Virus record (IMG/VR): IMGVR_UViG_3300031857_000144
Coordinates: 1,245-65,244 of that record
DNA length: 64,000 bases
Strand: one strand, 5' to 3'
Source: a virus
Taxonomy: Duplodnaviria > Caudoviricetes
Position 1 is the stretch's first letter, and every line of letters starts with the position of its first letter. Shown one piece after another: positions 1 to 8,684 of the stretch. The position numbers were made by a program, and so were the translations under genes. A model generated the notes under the pieces. That model saw only the letters and a program-made list of their open reading frames with translations, made no database searches and was not told the DNA's origin.

Positions 1-230
1 CATCTTGCAGGTCTCCAGAAGCTGGAACTCGATAGTATCCAGAGCCTCCTTGAGTTCGGCATCTTTCTTCTCATACTTGTCAGCCAACTCTTTACGGGCA
101 TCGCGTATCTTGATGTACGTCTTAACCAGCTTGTCAGTTGGGATGACCGGTGACTTAGTTTCATCATCCATATTGATCTCCAAGGGTAACTACAACTACA
201 GAATAGAATTATTCTTTGACACTGTCAAGG
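1..230. repeat. Terminal redundancy, copy 1 (repeat of 63771-64000)
   Basis: Direct alignment with 63771-64000: 220/230 identical, last 81 bp identical. Confidence 0.95.
200..228 (-). promoter_or_regulatory. sigma70-type promoter for the minus-strand gene at 63531-63941 and downstream replication genes
   Basis: Minus strand TTGACA-N17-TATTCT; the -35 lies in the palindrome TTGACA-C-TGTCAA (216-228). Confidence 0.6.
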
Positions 231-1771
231 GGTTCTAATAAATTATTGTAGAGGTCTACAACGCGAGAGTGAATATCAATCTTTGCCTCCAACATGGCAT
301 ACATACGTTTCTCTACAGGGGAGCCTTGCAGGTGCACGACAGTGCAGGGATTACGTTGACCAGCGCGGTGGGTACGTGCGTTAGCTTGCAGGTAGGTCTC
401 CACACTCATGACGGGCGACCAGTACACGATCACGTTAGCTGCGGTTAATGTTACACCGTGAGACGCTGCCTGTGGCTGGATTATCAAAACTTTTGGGTCA
501 GGTTCTGTTTGGAATCTGGCAAAGATTTCTGTGCGCTGCCGCACGGGCACGTCACCACTGATAATCTCGCAAGTGTATTTTGACTTCCTTAGTTCTTCGT
601 CAATTATCTGAATACTATGTTTATAAGGAACGAAGACGATGACCTTGTGGCTTGCCTCGTCGATAACTTCTTTCAATGCAGCAATACGGTTCGATGCGTC
701 AAAGGCAACGACCCCTCCACTATCCGAGTACACCGCACCACATGAAAGCTGGAGTAGCTTGTTCAGATTCGCCGCAGCGTTGACCGTGCTGATCTCTTCG
801 CCTGCTGCCACCGTCACCATGTGTTTACGCAGTGCCTCGTAGTATTTCATCTGCTGCGGGGTCAGTGGTACGTCACGGGTGGTATAAGTCACCTCTGGTA
901 AGTCTAGGCATTCTTCTTTTGTGTATCTAATCGCGGGCTGAAGAACTTCATGCACTATCGACTCTGCCTGTGGGCGTGGTACGTACTTAAACGTAGTGAC
1001 TTTCTGCATCACCATATCTCTGAACGACCCGAAGAACTTGGGCACCGACGATGGGTTAACGACCCGAGCAAGTCCGTATGCGTCCGTTGGAGATTGCGAA
1101 GCCGGGGTGCCTGTCAGCATCCAGACCCATGTGCTGGGGGTCAGCGTTTGGTTAAGTACCTTCCAGCGTTTTGTGGATACCGTCTTGTAGGCATTGGCTT
1201 CATCCACCACGATCAGATCAAAGTCTTCTTCCTTGACCGCATCCTTGATGATGTCCAACCCATCGAAGTTACAGATCACAAAATCAGCGTCTGACTGCAC
1301 TGCTTGAATTCGTTTCTCTCGAGAGTGGCTGTGGGCAATCGCAACTGTCCGGTGCATAGCAAACCGGAACAAGTCATCCTGCCAAGCGGATTGCATGATC
1401 GACAAAGGACACAGCACAAGAACTCTACGGATGAGACCTATCGACATTAGATAGTCCGCCGCCCAGATAACGCTGCCTGTCTTGCCGGTGCCCTGCTCGT
1501 TGAAACAGAACGCTCTGCGGTGCAAGGTCAGGAACGATGACGTTTCCTTCTGGTGTTCGAACGGGCGGTGCATGCCGGGCCACTTGTAGTGCGACATGAT
1601 TGGGGACGGCACGTTCTTGATACGCAAGTTCTTCAGCACCTGCGCTTCTTCTAGCCCCCACTTCACCAGCACACTGCCATCGTCCATCACTTTGCTTTTA
1701 GGGATGACTTCTGTGATGCGGTTCGGGTTGCGTACTTTTAGTAGCAACGCTTTGTCTTCGATGATCTGCAT
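209..1771 (-). CDS. SNF2-family (SF2) helicase
   Basis: Walker A EQGTGKT, VVDEA, motif III LTGTP, motif VI QANARTHRAGQ. Confidence 0.92.
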   Translation of the reverse strand: MQIIEDKALLLKVRNPNRITEVIPKSKVMDDGSVLVKWGLEEAQVLKNLRIKNVPSPIMSHYKWPGMHRPFEHQKETSSFLTLHRRAFCFNEQGTGKTGSVIWAADYLMSIGLIRRVLVLCPLSIMQSAWQDDLFRFAMHRTVAIAHSHSREKRIQAVQSDADFVICNFDGLDIIKDAVKEEDFDLIVVDEANAYKTVSTKRWKVLNQTLTPSTWVWMLTGTPASQSPTDAYGLARVVNPSSVPKFFGSFRDMVMQKVTTFKYVPRPQAESIVHEVLQPAIRYTKEECLDLPEVTYTTRDVPLTPQQMKYYEALRKHMVTVAAGEEISTVNAAANLNKLLQLSCGAVYSDSGGVVAFDASNRIAALKEVIDEASHKVIVFVPYKHSIQIIDEELRKSKYTCEIISGDVPVRQRTEIFARFQTEPDPKVLIIQPQAASHGVTLTAANVIVYWSPVMSVETYLQANARTHRAGQRNPCTVVHLQGSPVEKRMYAMLEAKIDIHSRVVDLYNNLLEPLDSVKE

Positions 1772-2019
1772 GCTGTTTCTCCAAGGGGGTACAGGCTAAA
1801 GTGAAGTTTTCACAATAGCCTGCGGTGTTTCTATTAAGTTGTTGGTACTAATCGAGCCTAGAGCTTTCTCTGTGCCGGTGGTGCGTTCCGGCGCTCTCTA
1901 TTTTCAACTTTCCCAACTGGGATGGAGACCGACTCTGCTCCGCAGGTTCCAGTCTACGGGGGCGGGGTAGTGCCCAGCCGATCCCCATGCCACTTGGTGC
2001 CGGTCTCTCCCGGCTGTCT

Positions 2020-2331
2020 TTACTTCTTACGTTCGCGCTTACTTGTTTCTGATACTAACGCACCAGAAGAGCTTCGCTTAAACGACCGGTTGGCGGCTGC
2101 ACTTTGCACTCGCACACCGTCTTTGTTACTACCGCCTTTGGACAGGGCTTTCACATGGGCGATATCTTTGCCTTCACGCGCATCGGCTTTACCGTTGCCG
2201 TTGCCGTCCTTGCCCTTCTTGTCCATCGCTCGACGGGCGCGTTGGCGCTCCATCCTGTCGGGGTGTTCCCCGCGCTTCTTTTCTAAATCGTACTCGTGCT
2301 TGTACGGTCTTGGTGTCTTTGTATATGGCAT
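2020..2331 (-). CDS. Small HNH-like protein
   Basis: GKDIAHVKALSKGGSN...SAAANRSF degenerate HNH pattern; start taken at MPYTK. Confidence 0.6.
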   Translation of the reverse strand: MPYTKTPRPYKHEYDLEKKRGEHPDRMERQRARRAMDKKGKDGNGNGKADAREGKDIAHVKALSKGGSNKDGVRVQSAAANRSFKRSSSGALVSETSKRERKK

Positions 2332-2332
2332 G

Positions 2333-3001
2333 TCAGTGCCCCCTTCCATTGTGTATGCAGTCTGTTACCGCACAAAAATTCTTACACGTAAAATTGGGGC
2401 GCGGGTTCCAAACATTTTTCTCCAAACACGTCTCCAATGAATCCGTGACATCCAACCAATGCAGCCAAGCTTTGCCTTTACCTTCGTCATTTTCGAAGTC
2501 TCGGGTAACAAAATCTTCTGCCACTAAAAACAGCAGTCCAGCCTTGACCTTCTTTACTTTCGGGAAGTGCTTGAAGATTGCTAGTGATAGTAACTCCAAC
2601 TGCTTTGTGTCTGCGTACTTGCTGGACTTACTGGTCTTGTAATCCACCAGATGGCACTTATCCCCGTTGATAATAATCAAATCAGCGATACCACGCCACC
2701 ACACATTTTCTGAACCAAACTCACAGGCATCCAAATTCTTGGTTAGCCCCATCTCGTACTCGCAGTACTTAGTGCCCTTGATGTTAATCAGTGCGTCAAG
2801 GTGCTTCTTGATGAACGCAAATTTCTCCGGGATTGGAGTGCCGTCTCTGACATATTCTTCAGCGGCTGTGTGCACTGCCGTCCCGTACAACAGGTGCTCC
2901 TGCGGCGGCTCGATGATGTCCCGCTTCACCCGCATCCGATAGTACTTCTGCGGACACTGCTGAAACGTACTAATACTACTGTATGACCATGTGTACTTCA
3001 T
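2333..3001 (-). CDS. PD-(D/E)XK Cas4/RecB-like nuclease
   Basis: SYSS..FQQCP, GTAVH, GIADL, DYKT, C-terminal CKNFC...C. Confidence 0.88.
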   Translation of the reverse strand: MKYTWSYSSISTFQQCPQKYYRMRVKRDIIEPPQEHLLYGTAVHTAAEEYVRDGTPIPEKFAFIKKHLDALINIKGTKYCEYEMGLTKNLDACEFGSENVWWRGIADLIIINGDKCHLVDYKTSKSSKYADTKQLELLSLAIFKHFPKVKKVKAGLLFLVAEDFVTRDFENDEGKGKAWLHWLDVTDSLETCLEKNVWNPRPNFTCKNFCAVTDCIHNGRGH

Positions 3002-3006
3002 ATGGG

Positions 3007-3210
3007 TTATAGCTTTCTCTGACAAGTAAACGCCTGTATGTCAGCACGGAAGGCATTAGCAAATTTGCAGTCCGACACGATCCGGCTCTCAGCGTTGATG
3101 CCACCAATCCAAAGCCCCAAGATAAATAACATGATGGCAACGAACGACTTCGCCCATGTCTCATTTATGATCTGCCAAATCTTGCGGTAATTAATAGTTT
3201 CAACAAACAC
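3007..3210 (-). CDS. Small membrane protein
   Basis: Hydrophobic segment SFVAIMLFILGLWIGG; GTG start just after the polymerase stop. Confidence 0.55.
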   Translation of the reverse strand: MFVETINYRKIWQIINETWAKSFVAIMLFILGLWIGGINAESRIVSDCKFANAFRADIQAFTCQRKL

Positions 3211-3211
3211 G

Positions 3212-5044
3212 TTAGCATTCTCCGTAGGATTCAGCGACTCCTGATTCGCAGTTGAGCGGTAAGCCGGTTGCCCACGCGGGAGTCCATCGCATACACTCCT
3301 CAACATACGCTTGCGCCACATTAGCTTCTTCTTTCGGAGCAATACAAGCGACGGCATCGTGCACGGTAAGTACGGTTTTGTACCGTTTACCGATCTTCAA
3401 CATCTGCTCTGCGATCACACATCTGGCGAGTGCTTGGCATAAGTTCTCGACTACTTTCCCACCGTAAATCTTGGTGAACCCTATTCGGGTTTTGTATTCG
3501 TACTGCACCTTGCCCTGCGGGTCAGTCACCTTCCGAAGCTCCGCATACCGTAAAGGAAGCCCGTTGGGTAGGACAAAACCACACCTCTCTGCGTCAAACT
3601 GTAACACGCCTTCTCGCCCAACGGAAGCGGCTCGTTTCAGAATCATCGCCTCAAGTGCGTGACCTGACTCCCGCCACAACGCAGGGATAGCCGGGTAAGT
3701 CTGCCGGTACACGTCCACAATCCGCTTGCATTCCTCGGCTGAAACGTCCGTCCCGAAGGTCTTCAACTGCGCCCGAAACTTCTCTGCACCCATGCCGTAA
3801 CCGCTACCCAAGATGGTTGTCTTCCCAACGAATCTTTCCTCTTTGGTAACTTCCTCGACCGGCTTGTTGTAGATGGCACTTGCCATGATCTTGTACACGT
3901 CCTCACCCTTAGCGAACGCCTCGACCAAGTCATTCTGCTCCGCCAGCCACGCCAGCGTCCGCGCTTCAATCTGTGCAGAGTCAGCGTCGATGATCACATA
4001 GCCCTTGGGGGCAATGATTGCCTTCTTCAGCTTGCCAGCGTTCTGCCCCCGGCTTGGCAGGTTCTGTAGGTTGACCTTATCGTCACCACCCCAGCGACCC
4101 GTGTGTGCTGCGTAGTATTTGAGTGGTACGGGTAGTTTTCCACGCTTGGAAATATCGATAAAACGCTGCGTCCGAGTCTCCTCCAGCGTAGTCTTATTAC
4201 CAAGGCGGGCAGCGACCAGCGTCTGCACCCGTGGGTCTGGGTGAGTTTGTAGCGCCTTGAACCCCTCGTCCGTCTTGGCAAACGCCCATGCTTCCTTGCC
4301 GGTAGTCGTGCTGACTTTTCTAGGTGGCTCAACCCCTAGCTCAAGAAGCAGACCTGCAAACTTCTCATTGGACATGAGCATATCTTTGTCAGCCGCAGCC
4401 GCCTCCAGTAGGCGTTCCTTCCGCGTTTTGACTTCTTCGAGGTGCATCTCCAGTAGCGGTAAGTCCAACTCCAAAGACGGTTCCACAAACATCTTTAGGG
4501 TTGCATCTATTACTTTGAGCTCCGACGTTGGGAAGTTTTCCTGCTGAAGCATGTCCATAAATATCTTATGGCATAAGTCCACGTCATTGCGGCAGTACTC
4601 ACCGTACCGGGCAAGTTGTTCCGGAGGGAAGTCCTTGCGGCGTAGCCCCAGCGCGTTGATTACTTCCTCACCCTTCTCCCCAGCGCCGTAATGTACTGCC
4701 AGCTTCGCGAGGCTACCACCGACACTGACCCCATGAAGTGCACGCGCCATCGAAAGAGTGTCCAACCAACCTTTCGGCGTAATCCCGAAAAGCCACGAGA
4801 GTATTGCCCCATCAAACGCGGTGTTGTGTGCAAGGACGAAGTTGTTTTTCCAATCGAATTTCTTGAGGTACTCCTGTGTCGCAGCGCGATCCCCGCTGAA
4901 CCATTGCGTTTCATTATTCCCCTCTTTGATGCCAACACCAATCACCTCGAAGTCTGGATGACGCACGTACTCTTCCGTGGTCAGCTTCGAGAACCCAAAA
5001 TCCTTGCTGTAGTACGTTTCAAAATCGACTGTAATTATGTTCAT
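3212..5044 (-). CDS. Family A DNA polymerase with 3'-5' exonuclease
   Basis: ExoI DFETYY, HNTAFD, TGRW..NLQN, motif A DSAQIEAR, motif B RFVGKTTILGSGYG, motif C TVHDA; start at MNIITVDFET. Confidence 0.95.
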   Translation of the reverse strand: MNIITVDFETYYSKDFGFSKLTTEEYVRHPDFEVIGVGIKEGNNETQWFSGDRAATQEYLKKFDWKNNFVLAHNTAFDGAILSWLFGITPKGWLDTLSMARALHGVSVGGSLAKLAVHYGAGEKGEEVINALGLRRKDFPPEQLARYGEYCRNDVDLCHKIFMDMLQQENFPTSELKVIDATLKMFVEPSLELDLPLLEMHLEEVKTRKERLLEAAAADKDMLMSNEKFAGLLLELGVEPPRKVSTTTGKEAWAFAKTDEGFKALQTHPDPRVQTLVAARLGNKTTLEETRTQRFIDISKRGKLPVPLKYYAAHTGRWGGDDKVNLQNLPSRGQNAGKLKKAIIAPKGYVIIDADSAQIEARTLAWLAEQNDLVEAFAKGEDVYKIMASAIYNKPVEEVTKEERFVGKTTILGSGYGMGAEKFRAQLKTFGTDVSAEECKRIVDVYRQTYPAIPALWRESGHALEAMILKRAASVGREGVLQFDAERCGFVLPNGLPLRYAELRKVTDPQGKVQYEYKTRIGFTKIYGGKVVENLCQALARCVIAEQMLKIGKRYKTVLTVHDAVACIAPKEEANVAQAYVEECMRWTPAWATGLPLNCESGVAESYGEC

Positions 5045-5382
5045 TGATCTTTTAGTATTGATGTCGGTATGTTGGGTACGTCGAATGGTAGTTCCATTTG
5101 CCGTTGATCTGATACTAACGCCGAGCAAATGTCCTGCTCTAGTTTCTTACGCAGTATGTCCCGTAGCTTTGAACAGTACGCTGCTTGTTCTTCGTCTGTA
5201 AATATACTGAACTTCACTCCATTCATGTTGGGATAAAGCATACTTTTCGTAACCCCACTCCAACGTGCCTCGTCTACCGAACGTGTATAGCAGTCATCAG
5301 TTAAATCGGTATACGCGTCGATAAACTCTTCGGGGAACTTGTCCATCCGATCCAGCAGCGTTTGCATGAAGTCGGAGATCAC
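5041..5382 (-). CDS. Hypothetical protein
   Basis: ORF with 4-nt overlaps to both neighbours. Confidence 0.65.
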   Translation of the reverse strand: MISDFMQTLLDRMDKFPEEFIDAYTDLTDDCYTRSVDEARWSGVTKSMLYPNMNGVKFSIFTDEEQAAYCSKLRDILRKKLEQDICSALVSDQRQMELPFDVPNIPTSILKDQ

Positions 5383-5687
5383 GACAGTTTTCCTATCTCT
5401 TTGGTGAGCGCATCAAACTTCAAACCCGCCGACAAAAATTTTACGCGCCGGTCATCGCCGGAAACCTCTTCGCGCAAAACTTTACTTGAGACCAGTTCCT
5501 TGATCAATCGATGAGTAGTCGCACGTGACGCACCTTCATACGCATCCAGTATGTCACCAACACGTACGGGTGCGCCTTCTTCCCAGTACACACTCGCTAT
5601 GCTCAGCATGCGTACCTTGTGGTAGTCAAGCCCATACTTAGATTCAAGCCGACCTAGTAAGCCACTGAGTTGTCGTACTTTGTTCAT
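5379..5687 (-). CDS. MarR-like winged-helix protein
   Basis: SRATTHRLIKELV...DDRRVK wHTH signature. Confidence 0.75.
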   Translation of the reverse strand: MNKVRQLSGLLGRLESKYGLDYHKVRMLSIASVYWEEGAPVRVGDILDAYEGASRATTHRLIKELVSSKVLREEVSGDDRRVKFLSAGLKFDALTKEIGKLS

Positions 5688-5926
5688 ATCCCGTCCCTTC
5701 TCAAGCAGTAATAAAATGTTGGTCTCTTCGCATATTCGCCGCGCAACTGATACCGACGAAATACTTTCTTCTCTTCGCGTAGCTCCATCAAGTACCGGCG
5801 TACGCTACTCACATCCATCCGCATCTTCTTGGCGATCTGCACTGCGGACATCGCATGTTGCCTACCCAGTAGCCACACAATATCCAGCTTGCGGCACTGT
5901 GCTGTATTAGTGTTTGCCTTGGGCAT
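5684..5926 (-). CDS. HTH DNA-binding protein
   Basis: SAVQIAKKMRMDVSSVRRYLMEL. Confidence 0.7.
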   Translation of the reverse strand: MPKANTNTAQCRKLDIVWLLGRQHAMSAVQIAKKMRMDVSSVRRYLMELREEKKVFRRYQLRGEYAKRPTFYYCLRRDGI

Positions 5927-6221
5927 CTCGGGCGATCCTCGCCAGCAGTGCACCTACCGCATCGATGTTGGTCTCGTTGACTATCTCGGTGTAGCCGCCA
6001 GCCCCTGAGATCAGCGCAAGGTTCTTCATCTGTAGCGCGGTGGGTTTGTTGTCTCCAGCCTTGCACTCGATAGCAAACATCCTGCCCTTGTAGCAGCCAA
6101 TGATGTCAGGCACACCTGATGTACCGTAACCATGCGTGGCAGGCATAAAATGAAACGCACCTGATTCAGTCAGAATCTTCCTGACCTTATCCTTTACTTT
6201 CTTTTCAGGTGTCGCTGCCAT
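5907..6221 (-). CDS. VRR-NUC nuclease / resolvase
   Basis: PEKKVK, GVPDII, AIECKA, PTALQ. Confidence 0.88.
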   Translation of the reverse strand: MAATPEKKVKDKVRKILTESGAFHFMPATHGYGTSGVPDIIGCYKGRMFAIECKAGDNKPTALQMKNLALISGAGGYTEIVNETNIDAVGALLARIARDAQGKH

Positions 6222-6453
6222 CGAGTTCCTCCTGTTTTTTAATCAGCGCACGAATCTCTTCGATGCTCATGTCGGTCTTGTCGTAGACCAAAAGAACGAA
6301 CTCCGCTGACGGCGGGTTGTGCCTGTAGCGGATTTTGCTGATAGCACTTTGCGTGACACCCAGATGCTGCGCTAGTGCGCGGCTGTTCTTTAGTTTAAAC
6401 GCCTCGATCAGATAATCGAGCAGCGCGTGTTTTGGTACTGGTACGTTTCTCAT
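6205..6453 (-). CDS. XRE/Cro-like HTH protein
   Basis: SRALAQHLGVTQSAISKIR. Confidence 0.75.
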   Translation of the reverse strand: MRNVPVPKHALLDYLIEAFKLKNSRALAQHLGVTQSAISKIRYRHNPPSAEFVLLVYDKTDMSIEEIRALIKKQEELDGSDT

Positions 6454-6731
6454 TTACTCTCCCGAACAATAAAATTTCTTGCATCAAACGTGCTGGTTCT
6501 GATGCTGCCGTTATCCCAGACCACGATGATCATCTCTGCAACATATGTCCAGCAGCCGGTGGCATTGCTGCCATCTGGTACGTGCGCAATAACTACACGC
6601 CCATCAGAAGTGTTGCTGCATTTATTCATGAGCAGCACGATCTTGCCGCCGCCCTTATTGGGCATCTCGAACCATGTCTCGGCACTGGCAAGACTACTAA
6701 CCAGCGTGAGTAGCAACAGTAGCTTTTTCAT
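6450..6731 (-). CDS. Secreted/periplasmic small protein
   Basis: Signal peptide MKKLLLLLTLVSSLASA. Confidence 0.65.
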   Translation of the reverse strand: MKKLLLLLTLVSSLASAETWFEMPNKGGGKIVLLMNKCSNTSDGRVVIAHVPDGSNATGCWTYVAEMIIVVWDNGSIRTSTFDARNFIVRESK

Positions 6732-6906
6732 TTTCCCTCGCCTCCATCATGATGTCTGCTATTTTGTATGCGGCAGCAGGCACAAACAGTACTTGCGCTT
6801 CTTGGCCTTTCTGCATTCCTGCTAGAAGGCCTTGCATCGCCTTCGCCGCAAAGTAATCACGCAAGTCCATGCCCTTCTCGCCGGTCACGTTTGGGAATGC
6901 TTTCAT
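6697..6906 (-). CDS. Conserved small phage protein
   Basis: GMDLRDYFAAKAMQ...AYKIADIMM motif common in phages. Confidence 0.75.
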   Translation of the reverse strand: MKAFPNVTGEKGMDLRDYFAAKAMQGLLAGMQKGQEAQVLFVPAAAYKIADIMMEARENEKATVATHAG

Positions 6907-7062
6907 ATATTCTTCTCCTCATATTCAATACACCCACGTTCACAGCACACATCGCCTATATGGGGCAGGTGTTTATCAAGCACTTCCAACAGCTTGTACG
7001 GTAGTTCCTGACTAGCGTGGAACAGGATTGCTACATCGCGTAGCTCACGTATAAGTTCCTTT

Positions 7063-7401
7063 TTATATTGCATTGTTCTTCTCCTTCAGCTTGGCTTCGA
7101 TGTATTGAATTAGCTTGAGTGTTGGGATGCGCCCGCTACCTTCTTCTTTAAACTCGACCCATCGCTCAACTTCTTCGCAGTCCTCATCCGTCAGCCCTTG
7201 CCATTCGCGCTGCTCTAACTCTTTCCCTGCTTCCATGCCCATCTTGTAGGCATCATCCCAGCCGTTGGTATTGATTGTTGCCGCATCCCAACCACGGGAA
7301 AACGCTTCCCAATGCGAAGACTTCTTGATCGTGTCCCAGTCGTACTCAACGTAGTGCTTGGACTCTTTCATCCACATGAGCCATGCTTCTTCTTTGGTCA
7401 T
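7063..7401 (-). CDS. Hypothetical phage protein
   Basis: REWQGLTDE...IEAKLKEKN modular motif. Confidence 0.7.
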   Translation of the reverse strand: MTKEEAWLMWMKESKHYVEYDWDTIKKSSHWEAFSRGWDAATINTNGWDDAYKMGMEAGKELEQREWQGLTDEDCEEVERWVEFKEEGSGRIPTLKLIQYIEAKLKEKNNAI

Positions 7402-7652
7402 GCTTCCTCCCTAATCACGGCTTTCAATATCAGCGGTGTCTTTGGGTCAACAGGAACTAAGCCCATATGTGGGTGTATCCATTCCTTGAACTCAATCTTG
7501 ATCTCTTGCGGCTCGGGCTGCGCTAGTCGGGCGCGGAGTGCTTCGTTTTCCTCATGCAGTCGGCGTAGTTCTTCTTCTACTTGCCCCAAGTTAAACTCTG
7601 CCACGATCAGCCGGTTATGTAGATCGTTTTCTTTATGTGTTAGTGCGGTCAT
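7398..7652 (-). CDS. Hypothetical phage protein
   Basis: Coupled ORF; ELRRLHEENEALR coiled segment. Confidence 0.65.
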   Translation of the reverse strand: MTALTHKENDLHNRLIVAEFNLGQVEEELRRLHEENEALRARLAQPEPQEIKIEFKEWIHPHMGLVPVDPKTPLILKAVIREEA

Positions 7653-7900
7653 GGCGCACCTCTCTCGCGGATAGCGAACGCGCAGTCTTCTGCATCAGGG
7701 AAAGGAGTGGTATCTTTTTCATTCATCCACTTGTTCCATATTTGAAAACACAACGCAGCACACGCCTCGCGCTCCGCTGCTGCGACTAGGTTGGCAAAGC
7801 GATAAAGGACTGAGATGTACATATCATCGGAAAACGAATTGCCTTCCGTTACGTTTATCCCCGCCTCCTGCGCCATGCGGATAATGTCATCTCTGTTCAC
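7649..7900 (-). CDS. Hypothetical phage protein
   Basis: RDDIIRMAQEAG...FANLVAAAEREACA motif; probable GTG start. Confidence 0.65.
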   Translation of the reverse strand: MNRDDIIRMAQEAGINVTEGNSFSDDMYISVLYRFANLVAAAEREACAALCFQIWNKWMNEKDTTPFPDAEDCAFAIRERGAP

Positions 7901-8198
7901 GTTCTCTCCTCGCGCATTCAATCGCAATCTTCTCCTCGATCTGCCACTTCAACTCTTCCAGCAAGTCAGTGATCTTCTCGCCGTGGCCTGTGGCGTAACC
8001 GTTAGCAAGCATCCACTGTGCGACCTTCTCGCGCTGGACATTAATCGCTGCCTGCACCATGTACCCAGACACCATTCCTGCAAACGCTTCTACATCATCG
8101 ATACAAGGAAACACCCAATACTCACGTTCTATAAGTGGACGCAACTCGTTAAACCCCCCGGCTTCTACAGCCATGCGCATAAGCTTTTCTCTGTTCAT
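7887..8198 (-). CDS. Hypothetical phage protein
   Basis: WMLANGYATGHGE motif; coupled ORF. Confidence 0.7.
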   Translation of the reverse strand: MNREKLMRMAVEAGGFNELRPLIEREYWVFPCIDDVEAFAGMVSGYMVQAAINVQREKVAQWMLANGYATGHGEKITDLLEELKWQIEEKIAIECARREREQR

Positions 8199-8665
8199 AC
8201 CCGCGCCTCTTTGCGCTTACCTTTTGCTTTGGTTGCGACGATGCCTTCGAGCTTGTTAATGATGTCGATGGTCTCTCTGTCCAGCAGGTTGATCTGCTTC
8301 TTCCATTTGACTAACGCTGCCTGCATTTCGTACAAGAGTTGCGCTTTGAGATCATCGTCAGACAGCACGTCCGCTGTCATACGGTAGCCACCACCTGCGT
8401 GTTGGTCAGGTGCCAAACTTACAAACGCTCTGATCTGTACGTCCGGTGCTTTCTCAATCGTGACGGTGCACTTCTGAATAAGCTGACGTGCTTGCATCTT
8501 ACGGAATGACTCTGCGGCTTTCGTGTCGTCCCATTGGAAATGCTTGTGCAAAATACAGTTGGGGTCACGGGCTGCGTCGAGCACCGTATCAACCATCAGC
8601 ATGCCGCCGTTTTGTTTTGCTAATCGTTCTAGGAACTTGCGCTCCGCTTTCATTGTTTCAGTCAT
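8195..8665 (-). CDS. Conserved phage protein immediately downstream of the GGY-NN array (putative partner)
   Basis: Start MTETMK after RBS CTTGGAGA; motif VLDAARDPNCILHKHFQWDDTKAAESFRKMQARQLI. Confidence 0.8.
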   Translation of the reverse strand: MTETMKAERKFLERLAKQNGGMLMVDTVLDAARDPNCILHKHFQWDDTKAAESFRKMQARQLIQKCTVTIEKAPDVQIRAFVSLAPDQHAGGGYRMTADVLSDDDLKAQLLYEMQAALVKWKKQINLLDRETIDIINKLEGIVATKAKGKRKEARV

Positions 8666-8684
8666 TGCTTTCTCCAAGTTGTTT

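Noticed and set aside
1995-2019. tRNA (minus-strand ACCA end)
   Set aside because: No cloverleaf or T-loop; no tRNA gene was recognised anywhere in the window
2333-3001. Cas4-like nuclease as an adaptation gene for the array
   Set aside because: Ordinary member of the phage replication/recombination cluster, over 5 kb away; no evidence of linkage
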